DNA from: Octopus vulgaris
Lineage: Eukaryota
Direction: 5' to 3'
NCBI GenBank assembly: GCA_951406725.2
Contig: OX597815.1
Location: 124,806,001-124,870,000, forward strand
DNA: 64,000 nt
The notes beneath the pieces are model-generated. The model searched no databases. It saw nothing but the letters and a program-made list of their open reading frames with translations, and had not been told where the DNA came from. This document shows, in pieces, positions 12,790 through 28,243 of the stretch. How positions within the stretch are numbered: position 1 is the first letter of the stretch; each line of letters opens with the position of its first letter. The position numbers and the translations under genes were made by a program.

Positions 12790-13525
12790 AATCGTTGGCG
12801 TGCATCTTTTGACGCTTTCGAAATCAATCGTCGCCACAGTTTTCTATTCTCTGTAAAGCATAACAGTATCGCGAAGTTGCAACCTGTCCTATCCTCGATG
12901 TTGCGAGACCAGGATTTTCTCTGTCTGCCTCTCTTTCGCCCTCTCTCAACTGTGCACTGAAGAATAGTTTTGGACAGAGAGTTTTGACGGGATACATGAC
13001 CGTACTAGTCAAACTTTCGTCTTTTTATTTGCACAAGTAGTGATTCCTGTCTGCCTCATAAAGCTGTTCGTTTTGTACTCTGTGTAAGGGATGTGTAGTA
13101 GCCTTCTGAAGCATCTGTGCTCAAATGCCTTGATTCTTTGCTCCATATCAACTGTAACAGTCCAGCTCTCACACTCATACAGAAGGATCGAAGTCGACAT
13201 GGACTTTACACTCTAAGTGTTGTTGAAAAATTAATGGAATTGCTTTTTCAGACGGTGTTCAGTTTCATCATAGCAGCAGAGGCTAAACTCTGTCTTGTTG
13301 TAATTTCGTTTTGAAATCTGCCTTCCTTGGTCAAAGTCGATCCTAGGTACTTGAAGATGCTCACTTCATCAGGTTTCTCTGCGTTTAGCATGATGTTGGT
13401 TGCAATGTTTTAGTTGTTACTGTTAACCAGGGTATTTCTCTTTTCTGGGCTGATGTCCATCCCCTGTGATCCTGATACCTTTTCCACTTTGATGGGGAGT
13501 TTCTGTGGTTCTGCTTCATTGCTTC
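12790..13525 (-). mobile_element. RTE-clade LINE 3' fragment (degraded RT C-terminus)
   Basis: FKYLGSTLTKEG and ILLYECESWTVTVDMEQRIKAFEHRCFRRLLHIPYTEYKTN are typical RTE C-terminal motifs. Confidence 0.8.
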
Positions 13526-13708
13526 CTAACGATATTGGAACCTGATGTCGTGACCATAAGACTCATTGTGATTAACAAGTGCTTTTATGTTATTCTACTT
13601 TAAGTTTGAATTAAAGGCGCTTCACTTTGATTTACAATACACGAATTATTCTTATCAGAGTTTGGTTAGACAGAATGATCTCCATCACCAAAGAAGCACA
13701 CACATACA

Positions 13709-13817
<109 letters not shown>

Positions 13818-15197
13818 ACACTAAGAAATACTTAGATCGGTTTGGGTCAGAATTGACCCAGGACATGACTAACTTAAGACCACATCTGGAAAATACATTT
13901 AATGAGGTTTCATATTATCATTCACCTTAGTCATATTATCATGCACCTTAGTCCATTTGAATAAAGAGTTATTGCTTGTTATCTTCTCCTCTATACTCCT
14001 TTTAACAAGCAAGACTTTCAGTCTAAGCTCTCATCATCATCACACAACTCTAAGAAAATAGTTGTTAAATGGTGATTTCAGCAGATTACCTGTTGTGATC
14101 ACCTAACTTGTCGCTTCCGTAATTTAGGCAGATATTAAATTTAAATAATCAGGCATGAATGTGGCGGGAGCAAGTAACACAAAAGAGACTGTCACGTGAT
14201 GCCAGACAGCATTTCCAAGCGAATTTATCACACTGTCTTTTTAACCTGTGGTTCCGAGCCTATACCGATCTATAAATAAAAATCTTTGTGCCACATTGAA
14301 CTAGTTGCACAAAAGACGCCATCAAAATACTGTTCGTGTTTCGTTACCAAACGAGCAAGGTCTGCGCGCCACCACATCCTTCTGTATTAGATTATCTACT
14401 GGCAACTCACACAATACGACCACAATTTCAGAGTTCATATATTTTGTCTTTGCATACACACGCAACGCTCTTTGAATTTGATAAGCTTCTGACTGTATTC
14501 TACATTGCAATAATCAAACAATTCCTTTTTAGAAAAGAAAAAAAACTGCATTGTAAAATCCAACTGCAGACAATTTCTCTAAATAGGAAATCAAACATTT
14601 GTCTGTAATGTATGTTAAATTTTTTTTTTGCATGAAATCTCAAATGCATTTCTTTTAACATGCTTTTTTCCCCTACATAAAATAATTGTAATTTTCTTTG
14701 TTAGTTCACTCTATCATGCATAATATATTTTTGGTTGTTACATATTTATTGTTTACTCATAAACTTAGGGCAAACCATGTTCACACCGACTATTTATTGT
14801 ACTGAATTAAATTGCTAATTCGTTGGAAAGATTTTTGTTTCTGCATTCCTGCATCATTCGGTTTATCTAACAATAGTTTTACAGATAAGATGTGATATGC
14901 AAGTAGTTTCCGATAAAGTGTCATGTGGTCGGTCGTCATTCTATTTTCATCTGAAACCCAGTGGAAAATTCTTTTTTACTGAAAACATAATTATAGTTGG
15001 TGCAACCATTTATATTATTCTCCAAATGTTCCGACACTGAGGCTAACACTATTGGTCAGAATTTAGCCAAAACAATTTCTTTTTTACCAGAATACTTTCA
15101 AAATAATATAAGATCTTTTTGAACCCAACATTAACAGCTTTGACATAAACACTAATAGTATCATAGGCGTTTCACCTATTCATAGTTTTATATAAAA

Positions 15198-16285
15198 CTA
15201 GCTTAAGGTGACCCGCTCTACGTGTGGTTGTTACTTTCTGTTGCTTCCTTTCTGTTTCTTATCGCCACATTCTCCCTCTTTGTTTCTCTCTCCGTTCTCT
15301 CTCACTTTCCCACTCTCTTACTCTTCCTTTCTCTCGGACTCTCCCTCGCTTTCTCTTACTCTCTATCTTTCTCTATCTATCTATCTCCCATTTATATAAA
15401 ACAAAAGATCTTGAGTACGTTGAGAAAGTAAATATTTTGAAAGATCAATCATAAATATCAGGCAGTGACAACGGAAAGCACACTATTTGAGTGTGCCACT
15501 ATTTGAGCGATTAAAAATAAGGAAAAAAAGGATTTCTTTGTTAAATTTAGTACGTATTTTGGGAATTTTTCGACGATTGACCATGCAAATGAAAGCTCTA
15601 AACACGGGCTACATGCAGCTGTAAATTTCTTTCAGAAAAAGATGAAAACTCTAAGCAATAAAAAATAAAAGGCAGAAATACGTAAGAATGAGAAATTTTT
15701 TTCAACTTCAAAAATCTTGCCTTAATTTTCAAAATTTCGGACCCTTTTTCCGCGCTCAAATTACAAATACGCTTCTACTTTATCATGTTCAAAATTTGAT
15801 TGAAATCGGGCAAAAGGTATCCAATCTAGACCACCAAGTGTCCCTAAAAATCAATAAAATCCCCGTTTTCAGAGCAAAGCAACCACTGTAACGCCCCAAA
15901 ACGTCTCCCAATCAATTTCTCACCTCAAGTTACCCCCTACTGTAAATTTTAATCCCCTTTCAGCCCCATTTATACCCCTTTTTACATAAAAATCCAATTT
16001 GTATCAACGTTCGCCTTCTTCATTTTATATATTAGATTATATGCCAATCGCGGTAATCTGGATGGGCTTAGAGACCCCTTGAATCGAAAAAAAAATCACT
16101 CTTCCCATCATAGCAACCGCATCTTTCCAGATGGTTAGTTTTAACCTACTCAACTCTCTGCCTCATCACGCCTTCTATGCCTGTGTCAATTTTCAGCTCG
16201 ATCCGACCACTGTTCTGGCCGCCAACCTCTGACGTAGCAAAATGTGCACACAATTTTGACCAAAAGCCTCTTTTATATATATAGA
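15198..16285 (-). mobile_element. Non-autonomous Helitron with both termini
   Basis: Minus strand starts TCTATATATATAAAAG and ends with an imperfect GC hairpin (accacacgtagagcgggt) then CTAG; inserted between A and T with no TSD. Confidence 0.8.
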
Positions 16286-16339
16286 TTAACACAATATATC
16301 TGATTAATAACATCTGTTATGATTGTGCGGTGGTGGTGG

Positions 16340-17780
16340 GCGATAATAATTCACCGTTCTAAAAGACCCGAGGCGGGAATATTTAAACTTTTGCGGCCGT
16401 CAACGCTTTGTCTCTATAGATACAGACAGACGTACAGTGATAGAGGTGGTGGAAGAAAGAGTGACAGAGACGAAGCTGTCAAACGTCGTTATATAGAGGA
16501 AGTGGAGGGAAGGAAGGAAAGAGACAGAAAGAGGAAGACAAGGTGATATCCGAAAGGGAGAAACGACAAACATTTGTCAAAGTGTTGGTTTTGCTGCCCT
16601 TGTAGATAGGGGTTTCCAACCTGCTCAACTCTCTGCCTCATCACGCCTTCTATGCCTGTGTCAATTTTCAGCTCGATCCGACCTCTGGTCTGACCGCCAA
16701 CCTCTGACGTAGCAAAATGTGCCCACAATTTTTACCCAAAGCCTCTTTTATATATATATAGACTAACCTAAGGTGACCTGCTCTACTCGTGGGTGAGGGT
16801 GTGGTTGTTACTTTCTGTTGCTTCCTTTCTGTTTCTTATCGCCACATTCTCCCTCTTTGTTTCTCTCTCCTTTCTCTCTCACTTTCCCACTCTCTTACTC
16901 TTCCTTTCTCTCGGACTCTCCCTCGCTTTCTCTTACTCTCTATCTTTCTCTACCTATCTATCTATCTATCTCCCATTTATAAAGAGCAAAAGATCTTGAG
17001 TAAGTTGAGAAAGCAAATATTTTGAAAGATCAGTCATAAATATCAGGCAGCGACAACGGAAAGGTATGTTTCAAGGCGGACAGCAAAACACTAACATTTA
17101 AAAGGGGCAGACGAACTTGCGAGCTGAAAAAATATTTGAAACCCAAGTTTAGAGGGATAGAATCTGAGGATAGTGGACTCACCATGGCTGGCATTCAAAA
17201 TTTCTTAACGACGGACAGCAACGTACTGGCAGTTTAACGGCTGGCGCATAATTTTGAACTTGATGTAAAAGAAAATTCCTAAACATCAAGTTTTGAAGCA
17301 ATTCTTTCTCACGACAGTAGACTCACTATGGCAGATACATCAAGCAAATCTTTTAGCTTGATGTAACCGAGAATTCCTTAACACCCCCTACTGTAAATTT
17401 TAATCCCCTTCCAGCCCCATTTTCACATAAAAATCCAATTTGTATCAACGTAATAATTCACCGTTCTAAAAGACCTGTAGCGGGAATATTTAAACTTTTG
17501 CGGCTGTCAACGCTTTCTCTCTATAGATACAGACAAACGTACAGGTGGTGGCAGAAAAAGTGACAGAGAGACGGCGAAGCTGTCAAACGTCGTTATAGAC
17601 AGAAGGTGGAGGGAAGGAAGGAAAGAGAAAGATGAAGGAAGACAGGGTGATACGCGAAAGAGATAAATGACAAACAAGTGTAGGTTTTGTTGCCCTAGTA
17701 AGGATTTCTAACCTAGTCCACTCACTTCCTCGCCTCTTTTTACATGTCCCTGTAAAATTTGGAGCCAATCCGACGCCATC
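16340..17780 (-). mobile_element. Two further Helitron copies of the same family, joined head-to-tail at 16762/16763
   Basis: 16625-16762 repeats 16148-16285; 16763-17062 repeats 15198-15477; 17450-17700 repeats 16343-16620. Confidence 0.8.
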
Positions 17781-18056
17781 TAGTGCCTCTTAACCCGTTC
17801 TAGTCCCAAAATGAGACAAACTTTTCACATTTCAGCTTTATAGATATTGATAATTTTACAGAAGCCTTGCCAAAATCATCAAGTTCTTTTCGACACATGC
17901 ATATTGCAGCCAAATAAGATTGCATACATCTTTTATATATGTGTATTGACATATATTCATGTGAATACATGTGCGTGCTTTTGTGTGTGTATTTGTGTGA
18001 TATCTGATAGATGAGAAACAGACAGACAGATAGACAGACAGATCGATCGATCGATC

Positions 18057-18138
<82 letters not shown>

Positions 18139-18761
18139 CAGCCACACAGGGAGAAACAGAGAGAATGAGAGAGACAGACAGAGACATGCATGGAAACGTT
18201 AAGTGCCTGTGTAGATTTAGGAGCATTTTAGATTTGTGCGACTTTAGATCTGTGTAGGGCTGTTATGTAGATAGATGTATGCATGAGTGTGTGTGGGTGT
18301 ATGTATATATGTATATGCACGTGTATGTAAGCATATTGATATGAAAGTGAACAGTAGACACACAGACGGATAGGTACATAGGTTATATGAACAGACGAAA
18401 ATGAAGACTGAAACACATGACCATATATACACACACACTTCACACAAGGACACATATGGCGACACACGTCCACACATATGGTGTTACACATCCATACATA
18501 CAAACATAATATATAGTTGCAAAAACCCATACACATACACACTTAGACATGCACACACAAGGAGACAGAAGTAAACACACACACATACACACACATGTGC
18601 ACAGACAAACAAAAAGAACGCAGTATGAATTGCGGACAACAACTATTGAAAAGGTTGCAAGACGCAACGAAAATTTTAGAAATATATAGGAAATGAGTGG
18701 AAATTTTACCGGTGAGTGTGTTAAATTATAGGCACTAAAAGAGATCTCCGCAGACACAACA

Positions 18762-18855
<94 letters not shown>

Positions 18856-18866
18856 TATATATATAT

Positions 18867-18980
<114 letters not shown>

Positions 18981-20078
18981 ACAAGAATAGTCCTTCCAAC
19001 GAACGTCTATATCGTTGTTATTATGTTAAACTGTCGTATGTCTATATTTGGCCTAATGCACTTTATTTCAACATTTAATTTTGATTGCAATAGCCGGTTC
19101 TTTTAGTCAAATTATTGTATCTCCAGCTGCTTCAGATGCCAAGATATGAAAATTGTCAAAGTGTGGTACAAAGATTTAGTAGTTTTCAAAAGTGTAGTAA
19201 GTCCCACATACGATAGTTTTGCAAAACTATTTCTGACTGAAAATATCATACATGCATGGAGTTATAATTTTATGCACCCAACAAAGTTTCATCGTTAAGC
19301 TGAAACTTGCTAATGTAAAAAGAATTATGAAACTATTTTTTCGTTTATTGAAAAAGTAACATTTTGGACATACGACCTTTTTGCATAATAGCAACGATAT
19401 GATTATATTTTTGTCCACCAAATTTTTTTTACAAAGCATTTGTGAATCTGGGTCATAGATAGAAGTAATCACTTGCCTAAGTCTCTTCGCAGGAGGATTG
19501 GACCGAAAAATATGCAATTGTAAAGCTGCTATCATTTCAACCACTGACAAATATTACAACTTTAAAATACCAATGGACCTCACCGGAGTGAAATAGAAGG
19601 CAAGGTGTTATTGTTGGAATTTTACAACCCTTCCCTGATTTTAGGCTAACTACTTCAATGAAATGTTTTTTGTTCTGTTGCTTTTTACTTGTATAGTTAG
19701 CACAGTAAGCTGAAAGATTAGTAAAATATGACTTTCTTTCAGAATATTGTTTTGTGGGGATTGTCGTTTGGGCATTTTATCGCCATGCTTCTTTCACTGC
19801 AAAGCTGATTAACGACGTATAGACAATAGCCTCATTTTGATAATAGTAGACACGGTCACTCGGTACACATATTTTACATTGGTTCATGTATGTATGCTAT
19901 GTGTGTGTGTATTCATACATGCATATATATATGTATATACATACGTACATACATACATGCATACATACATGTATATATGCGTACATACATAGGTACACAC
20001 ATATAAATACATATATTTTATCTATTCTATCTTTGTCTGTCTGTCTCTCTTTCTACACGCACACACACACACACACAT

Positions 20079-20132
<54 letters not shown>

Positions 20133-21836
20133 GCGCATGCAGTGGGTAAGTTTTAAATTTATCACGTTTTAGTAACCTAAATCATACTATCACGTATGTC
20201 AATAATAAAAATAAGGACAGTAAGGAAAATGGAAGGAGAGGGAAGAGAAGGCGAAAGATAGGAAAGAGAAAGAGGAGAAGGATATCCAAGGGTAAAAAAA
20301 AGGGCCGACGTGAAGAATGTAACAAATATAGACATTTTGTTTGCAGTGGCACTAGTGAGTTACAGTAAATATTCTCTTCAAGAGGTTCAATCGTAGCATA
20401 AAGCATCTAACATGGCTGCATCCTGTGTCGGCCCGTGCAAAGCATTCAGAATACTCATGCTGTGATATTCTTGATTATATTAGCTATATTGATGCGATAT
20501 AAATTTTGTTTCCAGTAAAGAAAATAAAGATGGTATTAACTACAGAGATGATGATGATGATAATTATTTTTTCAAAGCAGCTAAATGTCATCAAATGTGT
20601 GAATTTAGATGAATTTCATTACTGGCCGAGATGTATTTTCATAAACATATACATCCGCATATGCTTTTTTCGAAGTGCTTGACATGTATTGTTTATTAAG
20701 CGCCCTAGATTTTTGTTGGAACTAAATTGCTTTCACTGGTCTGTGAATTTATATTTTTTCTCACAGTATAATAGTCTGCAAAATGCATCGCTGGAATTAC
20801 TTGCAATGGCAATCTGCGCATATACGTTTGAATTGTAATACATTATGGCGTTGTTTTTGTAGCCTTAACAACACTTTGCATTGCAATGTACAAGTGTCCT
20901 TGAGTTGGATTACGAATATCTAGACATGTATTCAGATATGCATGTGCGTATATCTGTGTATGCATGTTTGTATATATGCACAGATACACACACACATTCT
21001 CAAATATAAAACACACACACGCACATATATACTTATATGTACGTACATAAATACTAGCACATAATATTGTGTACGTGTATGTGTGTATATATGTATATGC
21101 GTGTTTGTTTGCTTATTTATCTTTGCATATTGAGGTGTACAAACATGACTGTCTGCTTCAGTTTTATATACTTGCTTTCGGTGTTTAGTTTGGTCATTCT
21201 ATCATCCTGACAGTCTTTTTTTTTTTTGTTTTTACTTTATTATTTATGTATTTATAAGTTTAATAAATCTCACATGTGTTTCATGAAGATAACGAGCTGT
21301 AAAGGCGTCTTGGTCAAATCACAATGAAAACATGCTGCGACAAAAATCATATAAATAAATAAAAAAATACACGACAGTGATTCCATTTTCGTTCACTGAT
21401 ATGTATGCGTTTACTCTCTCTGTCTCCCTCCCTCTCTCTCTCTCTCTCTCATACACACAGGGAAACGCACAAAAAGAGAGAGAGAGAGAGATGGGAGGAA
21501 AGTGTACCGAACAACCGGTTGAAGAGTTGGTGGTTCGTATCCTATTGCTGGCGATGCAGAGACAACTAGCTCTTTGCAACTCACTGTATATTAAGTTGCA
21601 AGTTAGTAAGAGTGGTTGGCATTTCTTATGTGGTAAGCAGCGGCAATGTGGCTACAGCAGAGATTTTATCCGTGAGCAGAAGAAAAGGCCAAAATGACTA
21701 GTTTCTAGTTCTCCTACAATCGCGTGCGTGTGCATGTGTGTATGTGTGATTGTGTGTACGTGTGCCTGAGTTGCATGTGCCTGTGTATATCTGTACCGAT
21801 TTGACGTGGCAACATGGACTCTTATACGTATACGTT

Positions 21837-21885
<49 letters not shown>

Positions 21886-22423
21886 TATATATATGTATGT
21901 ATATATGTATATATAAAAGAAAGAAAATGTACACACTTTACATAGTTTTAATGCATTTTAAAATATATTTTATATTATGCTTGTCGACCGGTTTCGTTTT
22001 CGTTAATCATGACATTTAAATTATATCAGTCTATTATGTCTTTCTGAAAGACAGAATGGACTAACCAGCACAGGAAACTGTGCAGCCATTGGTCAAGGCG
22101 TGTCCAACCTTATGCATCCCCCGTAACCCCATATACGTGGTGTGCCTCACACATACACACACAACCATACAAACATCTATGTTCGCACACTATTCCTTTC
22201 TCTTTGTTTCCACCTCATCCTACTTTCAGGAACTAGCATCCATCTGTCGTGCTTGCATACACAAATACCAATGGCAGCCCAGTTTCGGGTAGCTATCTTG
22301 AACTTCCTGCATGTCTTTATTCAGTTAACTGAACCACAGAAACTAGCTTTCTATAAGAAGCGTAGGAAACTTTAAGTTGCATAGGGCCCAAAGCAAATTG
22401 TCTTAAATAAAATATAATGCAAT

Positions 22424-22511
<88 letters not shown>

Positions 22512-22549
22512 CGTGTGTGTGTTTGTGCATCTGTGTGCACGCACACACA

Positions 22550-22788
22550 TTTCCCGTGATCACGAGACCGACCAGATTATCAGATGCTTTACATTCTTTA
22601 AGCCATCAAATGACGCCGCCCTGCTGGCCAGGCGAGCAGGCCAACACTCTCCCTTGATCGATAGGGGACTGGAGCAACGTGAAATGAAGTGTTTTGCTCA
22701 AGAACATAACACACTCCCCGGTCTGGGAATCGAACGCACGAACTAGCGATCGTACGTGCAACAGCCTAACCACAAGGCCACGCGCCTT
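22550..22788 (-). mobile_element. tRNA-derived SINE (OR-like)
   Basis: Minus strand reads ggcgcgtggccttgtggttagg...gttcgattcccagaccgggg...ttcttgagcaaaacacttcatttcacgttgctccagtcc, with A and B boxes. Confidence 0.8.
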
Positions 22789-22803
22789 CACACACACACA
22801 TAC

Positions 22804-22862
<59 letters not shown>

Positions 22863-23589
22863 TATATATTCATATATATATATATACATATATATATATA
22901 CACACACATATATATTCATATATAAATATATACACACATATATATTCATATATATATATATATATATATATAAATATATACACACATATATATTCATATA
23001 TATACATATACATTTACATGTACATACATATGATATATATGCACGCATACATATGTATGCACACACATATCTGTATGTATGTTTTTATGTATGTAAGTAT
23101 ATGAAGTTTTCTCAAACCTAACAACAGGAAGTGCCTAACAGCAACTTAATGAGACATTTCTCAATTTAAAAGGAACACAAAATATCGTCGACCTGTTGAC
23201 TGATTGTCCTATTCGTTGTCGGTGTGCTTATACCCACTCTCTTATATACATATATAAATATGTGTGTGCATGACAATGGGTATTTAAATGACATAATTGA
23301 CAATGCTTAGAAGGCTGCAAACCCAGCTGGTTTGACAAGACACGTAAATCCAAATATATGAAATTTAGTCATCATCTACTAATATTAATTCTTCCGCATC
23401 GTCACCGGCTCCATGCACACAATTTTAAAGTTTATGGGAGGAACCACATAACATTAATAATGGCTGTGACGTTAAATACCTACAACTGGGAAAAGAAAAT
23501 GAAATGTATCAACAACTTACTTGGGTCACAGAGAAAGTAGCTCGAGTTTAGATAATATTGTTTTCTAGCATAGATATTATGCCATATAC

Positions 23590-23775
23590 TTTGATTGAGG
23601 GATATTTGACTATATCAGCCCCAGTACTTGACACATACAGATTTAATCGACTCTGGAATGCAGAGAGAGAAAGTCAACTACAGCAATGTTTGAACTCAGA
23701 TCATAAAGTTATATAACTAATTATTACAAAATATTTTGTAAGACGCCCTATTGTGTCTTCATTTCAGCACCCTTA
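23590..23775 (-). mobile_element. Old degraded OK-like SINE
   Basis: ccccagtac, tttaatcgac, aaagtcaac and tttgaactcaga match the reverse complement of the OK-like copies. Confidence 0.55.
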
Positions 23776-23859
23776 ACATTCCATTACTGAAGTTTAATAC
23801 TGCACACTACCTCTCAAACGACATATCTTTTTAAAAAATGATATCCAGCGTAAAGAGTC

Positions 23860-23902
<43 letters not shown>

Positions 23903-23913
23903 GTACATACATA

Positions 23914-23953
<40 letters not shown>

Positions 23954-23956
23954 ATG

Positions 23957-23993
<37 letters not shown>

Positions 23994-23996
23994 ATG

Positions 23997-24037
<41 letters not shown>

Positions 24038-24040
24038 ATG

Positions 24041-24087
<47 letters not shown>

Positions 24088-24089
24088 AT

Positions 24090-24121
<32 letters not shown>

Positions 24122-25487
24122 ATAAGTTCATTGGGGTTTAACCCCGGTGTTTATCGTGTTAAGCACATCCTAGACAAAATTGTAAATTACAGATCTTCCA
24201 GATAATTATCTGTAAATCCACAAATATTCATAAAGTATTTTTAATGACAAATATTAAAAATGGAGAGCGAAAAATAATTTTACTACTTCAATATACAATT
24301 CTTTCATCATAATTCAATATAATCAATCTTGAAACATTTTGGTGTATATTCATCGATTTCTTACAAAGCAAAGTTTGAGAGTGATTTCGGAGGTTCGGCT
24401 TACTAACAGACGCATGAACATACATACATACATGAACATGCACATAATCATACATACATATATACATGCATGTATGTATGTATATATATATGTATATATA
24501 TATATGCATACATATACATACATATATATTCACTCACACACGCACATTATACACACACGCAGATACACACACAGAACATAGGCATGTGTGTGTGAATGTA
24601 CATGTGTGCGTGTGTGTTTGTGTGTCTGGGTGTGTGTGCAAAATAAATATGCAGAGTTGACATGTCATTAAGGAACGGGACAGACTTATTGTCTGGAGAT
24701 ATGAGGAAAATAATGGACATGTGTTTCTGTCTCAATAGGCGTTATCAGCACGATAATCCTCTTGACCTATCTCCCGGAGCCAAGGAACGTAGACATATAA
24801 AAAACAATATGGCCTAGGTAATGTGATTAGATTAAACAAATATGAAATATGTCTAGCCAGCTGTGTGTATATGATCCACACAAACACAGCCGTATCAAAC
24901 ACCATACTGTGTATATTCTTGATTTATTAAAATTATCTCCACCTCAAAAGGATGTGTCAGAATTTTTAAAAATGGCCATTGGCATTTTCTGCTTCCCATT
25001 CATGAATTATCCAAACATGCTGCCTGTTGCATTTCACTCTGGGAACGGTGACCTTATTTACTTCACTCCAGTAACGGCTGAACGGCAAACATGAAGTCTA
25101 AAAGGACACAGCGCGTAGGGACTTTTTCAAGCAGTACCGGTATGTTCCTTACCCAAAAACGTTTATATAACATTATCCTCTGTCCTACTATACAGGGATC
25201 AGTGAGCAATGAAGATGAAGAAAGCAATGCACTCTTGTTGAAGGTCAACTTCACATAAGTTATAAGAGTACAATTGGAAGAGAGTGTTCTGGACATTTAA
25301 TAGGGATGGTTCTTTCCACGACTTCTCAGCCAAGTGAAAGGTGCAATTTCATTTTACAGGTTTTCAAACTGTCACGGTAGAACTTGTACCACCTGCAAAA
25401 TTGTATTTGAAGTGAAAGACAGCGATACCCATTGGGATGGAACAGTATCAGAAGTTTCTATATTTCACACAGCCAGCCAAGTGCTTT

Positions 25488-25961
25488 AAGGTCCTTTCAT
25501 CATGCTGTTAAATGTCTGTAAACTATACAACTTATTTCAGCTTTGACCCAATTATTGTAATAATCTTGCTAAAGATTTAAAGTATCAAGCTCAATAGATT
25601 GACGTCAGCATGGAGATAATGCAAGGCATTTTGTCTGATGTTCTAATGACACTTAATACAAGAGGATATATTTGGGATAGAAAATAATTAACTGAATCGA
25701 CTACAGTTACTGTCACAGACGTTTAGTCGTTTTGCCTAAAAATAGTAAAGATAGAATGTGATTAAATATTACCAGTCAGTTAAGCCACCCTTTCTCGACT
25801 CTTAATCCATATAATAAATCTTGCAAATTACTTCAACGTCTCAATTCCATGGGGCTCTGTTAAAATACATCAAAGACTACATGGGCACTCGATCTGCTTG
25901 GGTCAAAGCTGAAATAAGTTGTATAGTTTACAAACCTTTAACAGCATGGTGAAAGGACCTT
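25488..25961. repeat. 64-bp inverted repeat pair (25488-25551 / 25898-25961)
   Basis: aaggtcctttcatcatgctgttaaa...gtaaactatacaacttatttcagctttgacccaa matches its reverse complement with few mismatches. Confidence 0.9.
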
Positions 25962-26187
25962 GAACGTGTAGGTAATCCTCCCGCAGACCTTACAAATTAC
26001 ACCATCCTACACATGTAGGACTCATTGAATAATGCAGTCATAGCTATTTCTTAAAAGACTGCATAACCAAGGATAGAATGCTTCTGGATATACATTTCTC
26101 AAAATTGGCTGGTCTGCAAATTGCAGCGAGTTTTGTGTGCGTGCATGTATGTATGTATGTATGTATGTATGTATGTATGTATGTATG

Positions 26188-26216
<29 letters not shown>

Positions 26217-26218
<2 letters not shown>

Positions 26219-26337
26219 GAGCAGGGCTCATTAACCACCAACGGAGCCGCAAATGCAAAATACAAGTTAGTCCTACAGCGCACAATGTTCCTGAAGGTCG
26301 GCAATGGTCATCCTCGGTCACGAGTGGACAGCCATCA
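26217..26337 (+). mobile_element. RTE-like LINE extreme 3' end embedded in (TATG)n
   Basis: RAGLINHQRSRKC resembles the terminal zinc-finger half of RTE ORF2; followed by a short stem-loop (catcctcggtcacgagtggac) and an (ATGT)n tail. Confidence 0.55.
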
Positions 26338-26427
26338 TGTATGTATGTATGTATGTATGTATGTATGTATGTATGTATGTATGTATGTATGTATGTATGC
26401 ATGCATGCATGTATGTATGTATGTATG

Positions 26428-26461
<34 letters not shown>

Positions 26462-26648
26462 TGTATGTATGTATGTATGTATGTATGTATGTATGTATGT
26501 ATGTATCGATGTACGTACGTATGTATGCATATATTAGAAGACTTGCACGGAAAAGACGTCACATATATTTCCTTTACATCGTGTATTAGAGGTTAACACT
26601 TTCTGTAAACTTATAAACTTTCTGTAAACACATGTTTACACTTATGCG

Positions 26649-26719
<71 letters not shown>

Positions 26720-26851
26720 ATGTATGTATGCAAATACACATACGCAAAAATAACATTATATCTGTATAGCCAGTATATTAAATGCATGTATAACTGATTA
26801 AATATATTCATGCTAATCAAGTAACTATAATTTGTTAAAATAAGAAAATTA

Positions 26852-26915
<64 letters not shown>

Positions 26916-27031
26916 GTCCATGCACATACAAATAAGATAAATATACATATGTACATGTTTACATATATAGATCTACATAAGTATCCATATATAGATCTAC
27001 ATATATATATATATATATATATATATACACT

Positions 27032-27084
<53 letters not shown>

Positions 27085-28094
27085 GCCCAAAAGAAGTGTA
27101 ATGAAATAGATATGCGTACTAAATCCTCTAATGAATAGAGTATATTAAAAATATATGAACACATATGTAATTTGTCATCCAGCTCAGCGTATTCACTTGC
27201 AAACACCTAATTAGTGTTAAAGCAACTTTGTACATTGATATGCACTTCTTCCGACGTGCGCCTTTACCCGGACAACTTTATTTATGGTTAAAAGTTAAAT
27301 GTTGCAAAGTTTCCAATCAGAGTTTCACAGTCGGAGCATCAACGTCTTAAACAAATATCCCTAACACTCGGTTCTTAATAGAAACCAAGATATTGGTCAA
27401 CTTCAAGTTTTAAATTGTAGGCTTCACTATTCCATTTGGGGTGGAGGTTGAGATGATAAAGAAAAGAGTTCTGAACAATTATTCAAGAGGTTGGTACTCA
27501 ATATAATACCCTTAATATTTTTTGTGTCCTTGGTTAGTACACATAAATTTCAACATCCCAGTCCATCCATCAGGAAAGAGGTATCACAGAGTAAGTATAA
27601 CGCACTGCCATAGTCAACAGCTGTACTGTTTGTTAGTATAAAGTACTTAGACCTTCCACAAGCAACACACTCTATCGTCTTAGAAATGGGAGGACATATT
27701 GGAAAATGTAGCAAGGGTTACACCATATCCAGTTAAAATACGGGATAGTCGCGACTAAAGAATCTTTGATATGCCTGTTTGATCAAGAACGATTTCTTCT
27801 AAGCGATCACAATAAACACAACGACTGCACTATAAAACTGACGAGTGTTTCGTCAACCTGTTATTCTGATGCTAATCTTTTTGGAAAATGTTGTTGCGAT
27901 TTGTTGATTAAAATCGTGGATTTGTCAGTCATGTACTTAACAGCAATCTTGTAAGATACTGAAACCTTCAATTTTGAGCATTTGGCTGATGTTTAGTAAA
28001 TGCTAAAATATGATACAAAACTGAACTGATCTTAAATATCTTCTGTCATAGGTTTTGTAATATCGGGCCGATATTATTATACCTATGAACATGT

Positions 28095-28211
28095 ATGTAT
28101 GTCATTGCTCAGTTTTATTTCAAGATTTCTTGTCAATAGAGAAAGAGCCGATTTCTAACCTAGATCTAAGGCTCCTTCATTGGAATTTCAACATCAACAA
28201 CAAGGTATTTT

Positions 28212-28243
<32 letters not shown>

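Noticed and set aside
25180-25250. Possible small exon GSVSNEDEESNALLLK after a pyrimidine-rich AG
   Set aside because: Weak donor site and no homology or partner exons.
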